From assembly GCA_963755075.1 (NCBI GenBank), contig CAVWKL010000115.1:4563-68562 (forward strand): a stretch of 64,000 nt of DNA, given 5' to 3'. This document shows, piece after piece, positions 59,247 through 64,000 of this stretch; positions within the stretch are counted from its first letter, which is position 1; each line of letters begins with the position of its first letter. The position numbers and the translations under genes were made by a program. Origin of the DNA: an uncultured Alphaproteobacteria bacterium (GTDB lineage Bacteria > Pseudomonadota > Alphaproteobacteria > Rhizobiales > Beijerinckiaceae). The notes beneath the pieces were generated by a model. The model was not told the origin of the DNA. It saw only the letters and a program-made list of their open reading frames with translations, and searched no databases.

Positions 59247-59634
59247 TCAGACCGACTGGGTCTGCGAACTCCAGCCCGCGCGCGTGACCCCCTCTTCCCG
59301 GCTCAGGCGGGCGACGACGTATTCCAGAGCGATCTCCCGCCGATTGTGCGAGGCGATTTTCGCCGTCAGCTCGACGCGATCGGCGTCTTCGATGTTGGCG
59401 CTATCGAGTTCGCCGAAACGGACGTCGGGCATGATCGCGAGTTCCTGCGCCAGTAGCGATCGTACCTGGCGAGGCGCGGCGCACGATGGAAACGACGTAA
59501 GCAAATTCGCCTTCGGTGGAGTCGACGGGTTGCCGGTTTATCGCGCGAACCAGCGGCCGCAGGATCAGGTTGGAGGCGACGATGAAGGCCGCGCAATGCG
59601 CGCCGAAGTCGGGGGCGGCGCGGGCGACGGCCAA
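59247..59634 (-). pseudogene. mgtC: MgtC-family remnant (C-terminal part only, frameshifted near 59485)
   Basis: NLILRPLVRAINRQP..., then in a second frame VRSLL...ELDSANIED.DRVE....LEYVVARLS.E.GV..A.W, which is the MgtC C-terminal domain. The N-terminal TM domain is absent. Confidence 0.7.
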
Positions 59635-59669
59635 TGCCGCGCCGCGCCGACCCCTTGCCCGAAAACGAA

Positions 59670-61325
59670 CTACCCCTGTTGTCCGATCGCCAGCATGACG
59701 ATGCGGAACAGCACCATTCCGCCGGCGACGATGAGATAGAGCCGCAGCACGCCCATCCAGGTCTTGGCGGCGAGCGACAGCTTGGCGGGGGGCAGTTGAG
59801 CCAGCGGCGGCATGCGCCAGGTGTCGCGCGACGCCGCCGCGGCGGCCAGTTCCTCGGCCGGCGCTCCATGCCCGCCGTTTTGGCTCAAGGCCATGATCGC
59901 CAGCGCGACGACCAGCGCGACGACCCCGCCCCCGCCGAGGATGCCGAGGATCGCCTGTTCGTTGGCGGCGTCGGGGAACAGCACCGAGACGGTGAGGATC
60001 ACCGACAGGATCACCAGCACGGCGATGACCGCGCCGGTGAAATAGTTGAGCCAGCGGGTGTTCGCCCAGGGACCGAGAACCGGCTTATCGTTGCAGAGCA
60101 GCAGCAGGAACACCGTCGCGCTCGGCAGCAGTACGCCGGCAAGCACCTGCACGGCCAAGGTCAGCAGGCCAAGAGGCGAGCCAGGGGTCAGGACGACCGC
60201 GGCGGCGATCGCGATCAACCCGCAATAGACCGCATAGAAGCCCTTCGCGTCGGCGACATTGCGATGCAGCGAATGGCGCGCCGAAAACGTGTCGCCGATC
60301 GCGTAGGCGGTCGACAGCGACACCGCCGAGGCGCCGATCAGGGCGGCGTCGATCAGCGCGATGGCGAACATCACGCCGGCGACCTTGCCGACATATTTGT
60401 CGAGGCCGGCGGCGATGCCGCCCGCGTCGGTGAAATTGCCGAACTCGGTCTGGCCGCCGAAAGCCGCCGCGGTGAAGGCCATGATGGCGGCGGCGCCGAC
60501 GATGACGAAGCCGATGCCGATCCACAGGTCGAGGCGCTCGTACTTGATGAAGCGCGGCGTGATGCGCTTGTCGATGACGTAGCTCTGCTGGAAGAACAGC
60601 TGCCAGGGCGCGACGGTGGTGCCGACGATGCCGATGATGAGCAGCATCACCTCGCTCAGCTTGCCTCCCTGCGGCATTTGCGGAACGACGAAGTCGCGCA
60701 CGACCTGAGCGAGCGGCGGATGGACCATGAAATAGAGCGGCACGAGCAACAGGCTCGCGCCGACGAGAACCATGGCGAACCGCTCGAAGCGCCGGAAGTC
60801 GCCGGTGCTGACGGCGACCATAACCAGAGCCGCCGCGACGATGACGCCCATGGTCTTGTCGAGGCCGAGGTAACCGAGCGCGAGCGCGATGCCGATGAAC
60901 TCGGTGACGATGGTCAGGGAGTTCAACAGGAACAGATCGATGACGCTGAACGCGCCCCAGAACTTGCCGAAGCGCTCGAAGATGAGACGCGCATGGCCGA
61001 CGCCGGTCACCGCGCCGAGGCGCAGCACCATCTCCTGATTGACGTAGAGGACGGGGATCAGCAGCGCCAGCGTCCACAGCAGCGTGGTGCCGTAGTTCTG
61101 GCCGGCCTGGCCGTAGGTCGCGAAAGCGCCGGCGTCATTGTCGCCGACCATGACGATGAGGCCCGGTCCGAGGATGGCGAGAAGCGTCGTCAGCCGGTGC
61201 TTCCAGGTCGTGCGCGGGGCGATGTCGCCGTAAAGGATGGTGCCGAAGGCGCCCATGATGTGGCCGATGTGCGCGTCGTCGAGGACGGCGGTCACCGGCT
61301 CCGTGAAATTGGCTTTGGCGGTCAT
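59670..61325 (-). CDS. NRAMP-family divalent cation transporter, Mg-transporter-like (DNDAG type)
   Basis: LGPGLIVMVGDNDAGAFATY, QEMVLRLG, GTTVAPWQLFFQQS and numerous TM helices. Confidence 0.88.
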   Translation of the reverse strand: MTAKANFTEPVTAVLDDAHIGHIMGAFGTILYGDIAPRTTWKHRLTTLLAILGPGLIVMVGDNDAGAFATYGQAGQNYGTTLLWTLALLIPVLYVNQEMVLRLGAVTGVGHARLIFERFGKFWGAFSVIDLFLLNSLTIVTEFIGIALALGYLGLDKTMGVIVAAALVMVAVSTGDFRRFERFAMVLVGASLLLVPLYFMVHPPLAQVVRDFVVPQMPQGGKLSEVMLLIIGIVGTTVAPWQLFFQQSYVIDKRITPRFIKYERLDLWIGIGFVIVGAAAIMAFTAAAFGGQTEFGNFTDAGGIAAGLDKYVGKVAGVMFAIALIDAALIGASAVSLSTAYAIGDTFSARHSLHRNVADAKGFYAVYCGLIAIAAAVVLTPGSPLGLLTLAVQVLAGVLLPSATVFLLLLCNDKPVLGPWANTRWLNYFTGAVIAVLVILSVILTVSVLFPDAANEQAILGILGGGGVVALVVALAIMALSQNGGHGAPAEELAAAAASRDTWRMPPLAQLPPAKLSLAAKTWMGVLRLYLIVAGGMVLFRIVMLAIGQQG

Positions 61326-61499
61326 GGCTCGTCTCCTTTGCCGCTTGGCGCGGGAGCGAGCCGGGCGGCTTCAAAAGCCTGCGTCTCGCTTCGCCCTTGA
61401 GGCGGTAGACTGGGTCTGCTGTCTGGATTTGCCGCCCGCCGACGCGTTGAAGATCGCGCCAACGGGCCTAGTCGGGCCGTTGTCCACTGGGGATCTCCG

Positions 61500-61743
61500 T
61501 CAACCGGCGCGTCGCAAGGGAACCGTGGAAGCGGGCTCGCGCCCGCCTTGGCAAACCGCCCACACGCAGAGCAGCGCCCCGGTCGCCGCATCGCGCCGCC
61601 AATGGCAGGCGAGCGGGCGTAAGGAACCGACGCGCAGGTTCGCGCGCGCCGTGGCGAGACGACGCACGCCCGACGACGCCTGGCGGCGCGCGCTGAGATC
61701 GATCGCATGGCGATCGCTCGGGATTAGGGAGAGCTGGTTCATG
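61500..61743 (-). CDS. Possible small hypothetical protein (about 80 aa) upstream of the transporter
   Basis: GGAGG RBS before the ATG at about 61742; LACHWRRD..TG.LLC.W motif. Confidence 0.45.
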
Positions 61744-62174
61744 GCTCGCCTCCGATCTTTGGTTTCGTCCAAAGCCGGAAGACGAGGGGGCCGGGGGCCT
61801 CAGCCCCGCAAGACGCCTCGCGCACGGGATTCCGGCCCGCGGACGCTAGCGATGTCTAAGGGCGACGAACCGACGAAACCGTCCGCGATCGCGCCGCCCG
61901 AGATGGTACTGCCCATATCTCTACAGTTGAGTTAAGGAACGCCGCCCGAAACGAATTTCGGTTCGACGATTGCCTCATGAGCCGCCAAATTCCTTCTGTC
62001 AACCCAAAATGTCGCGGCGCCGCAATCTTTTGGCCGCCGGCGTAAACGCGTCGCGCCTGGCGGGCGGCGACGCTTTCCAGTTCAGACGCTTAGCTCGATT
62101 TCGGCGTCGACGGCTTCGTCGGTTTGGCGCGCGCGGCGCCGGCCGGCCGAGAGCCGAATCCGACCGCCCCGGTT

Positions 62175-62471
62175 CTATGGCAACTTGGGCTTGGCGAGCC
62201 TCACGCCGACGGCGCTGCCCTTGCGCCACACCACGCGCGCCTCGCCGAGCCGATTGGTCGCGTCGACTTGCAGGTGAAACGCGTCCGGCAGTTCGGCCCC
62301 ATTCAACGCCGCCACGCTGGCGCCCCCCTCGGAGACGTCGACGATCACGCAATCGACAACTGCGGCGACCCCGCCCGGATCGGCCCAGGCGCGCAGGCGC
62401 GTCGGCCGGCGGCTCTTGTCGCGTCGGTCCGCGCGGCCCTTCAGGAACGGATTGTCGTCGAAGCGGTTCAC
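62175..62471 (-). CDS. PilZ domain protein
   Basis: RRDKSR (RxxxR), DVSEGGA (DxSxxG) and ARVVWR...VGVR. Confidence 0.85.
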   Translation of the reverse strand: MNRFDDNPFLKGRADRRDKSRRPTRLRAWADPGGVAAVVDCVIVDVSEGGASVAALNGAELPDAFHLQVDATNRLGEARVVWRKGSAVGVRLAKPKLP

Positions 62472-62596
62472 CTGCGTTTCCGCGCGCGGCCGGTTGAGAG
62501 ATGGGGCGGCATTGTTAGCCCCGAGCCGTTAACGATCCGTCAAGACATCGCCTCGCAAACGCTTAGACCTTGCCTGCCTCGGCGCATGGCGCGGGA

Positions 62597-63878
62597 TCAC
62601 GCGACGAAGCGCGGCCGGGCGCGATCGGCGGACTGCGGGCGGCGGGAGACCTCGATCGTCAGATGCGAAAAACGCGCCACGCCCTGCACGGCCTGTCGAT
62701 AATCGTCGGTCTCGCGTTCGCTTGTCGTCTCGATCGATAGAATGGCGCCGAGGTGGCCCGGGCCGAGCCGCCAGAGATGGAGGTCGACGAGCAAATCGCC
62801 CTCGCGCTCGATCGCGCCGCGCAGCGCCTCGGCAAGTCGGCGATCGGGGTTCATGTCGAGCAGCACCGCGCCGGTGTCGCGGATCAGTCCGGCCGACCAG
62901 CTCGCGATGACGCCCGCCCCGACGAGGCCGGCCAGCGGGTCCATCCACAGCCAGCCGAAGCCACGCGCCAACGCGAGCCCGACGATGACGAGAAGCGAGA
63001 CCGCGGCGTCGGCCATCACGTGGACCACCGCGGCGCGCATGTTGTTGTCGCGATGCAGAGGATCGCCGGCGGCGCGGCCATGCTCGGCGAACGCGCAGCT
63101 CGCCGTCCGCTCGCCGACCCGCAGCGTCGCGGCGAATTCGTGCGGTTCGGGAATCGGGTCTGCGAACTCGAGAAACGCGCCCCGCTCGACCATCGCGAAT
63201 GTCTCGCGCGCGCCGTCGGGGCGCGCGATCTCCACCGAGGTCGCGGCCGCGGCGAGCCGCTGCGCTCCGAACGCGGCGAGGCGGAACCGTGGGGGAACCC
63301 CATCCTCGAAGATGCTGAGTTCATAGCGCGCCCCGCCGATGTCGAGGCGGCGGCTCTCCTCGTGGCCGGCGCCGTCGGCGTGACCATGTCCATGCCCGTG
63401 GTGGCGCTCATGCCCGCCGCGGCTGAGCAGCCATGCGCTCGCGGCGTTGACGACGAGGCCGAGGACGGCGATCGGGATCGCCTCGGCGAACGCGATCGGC
63501 GTCGGCGCGATCAGCCGCCCGATCGCTTCATAAGCGATGAGCGCGGCGATCATCGCCAGGACGATGGCGCTGGCGAAGCCGGCGAGATCGCCGAACTTGC
63601 CCGTGCCGAAGGTGAAGCGCGGATCGTCGGCGCGGCGGCGCGCATAGCGTGTAGGCGAGCGCGGCGAGCAGCAGCGCGCCGGCGTGCGTGCTCATGTGGA
63701 AGCCGTCGGCGATGAGCGCGATCGAGCCGAACATCGCGCCGCCGGCGATCTCGGCCGCCATCATCGCCGTGCACAGCGCGATCACCGCCCAGACGTCGCG
63801 CTCGCTGCGTTCGTGGCCGGCACCGAGAAAATCGTGCCGGTGGCCGAAGCCGCGGTCAAAGGATTGGTGGTTGGTCAT
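62597..63878 (-). CDS. dmeF: CDF-family Co/Ni efflux transporter DmeF; apparent +1 frameshift at about 63647
   Basis: HDFLG.GHER.ER, ALIADGFHMSTHAGA, RFTFGTGKFGDLAGF, DNNMRAAVVHVMADA, DLHLWRLGPGH and SHLTIEV. Confidence 0.88.
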
Positions 63879-64000
63879 CGTCGCATCCGCTTCGTTGTCG
63901 CACCGGCCGCTCACGGCGGGCTCGACGCGTTCGATCGCCCTGTCGTCACAGGTATTTCGTCAATTGCTTCAGTTCCTGCAGCGGCGCGGCGCCGTCGCCC

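Noticed and set aside
59254-61419. GACTGGGTCTGC 12-mer on both sides of the NRAMP/mgtC block as a target-site duplication
   Set aside because: One copy lies inside the mgtC remnant's coding end and there is no mobile gene; probably chance.
61770-61990. M-box (ykoK) or yybP riboswitch upstream of the NRAMP gene
   Set aside because: I could not find the conserved motifs of either family by eye; an Infernal search would be needed.
62513-62533. CtrA box upstream of the PilZ gene
   Set aside because: Half-sites are spaced by 10 nt rather than 7.

Overview
A GC-rich chromosomal segment of an alphaproteobacterium, probably Hyphomicrobiales (inferred from gene content and a perfect CtrA box). It holds mostly housekeeping and metabolic genes: a peptide-type ABC binding protein, an amidase, two SDRs, tusA/cysG/dsrE2, a Tat-exported PaoABC-like molybdoenzyme, MacAB, epmB, sufBCDS-sufT, a HerA-like ATPase, ppx-ppk, purMN, zwf, ppk2, an MCP, a pgsA-like gene with AI-2E and hdaA, accBC, an NRAMP-type transporter and dmeF. 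I saw no rRNA, tRNA, CRISPR array, integrase or transposase. The most striking structure is the sufB/sufC junction, which carries two different gene inserts in tandem: a cupin gene, and an MNT-HEPN pair plus a secreted TIMP-like gene. The inserts are separated by an in-frame chimeric mini-ORF made of the first 8 sufC codons joined to a 147-bp copy of the sufB 3' end, and each insert is translationally coupled to a sufB-type stop. Other points of note are a truncated DsrC/TusE relic between cysG and dsrE2, an AT-rich foreign gene with an internal TGA beside nested palindromes, an active/degenerate ParA-like ATPase pair, and an MgtC relic with a complex leader around the NRAMP-type gene. Several single-base frameshifts, including one in sufB, are probably sequence errors.
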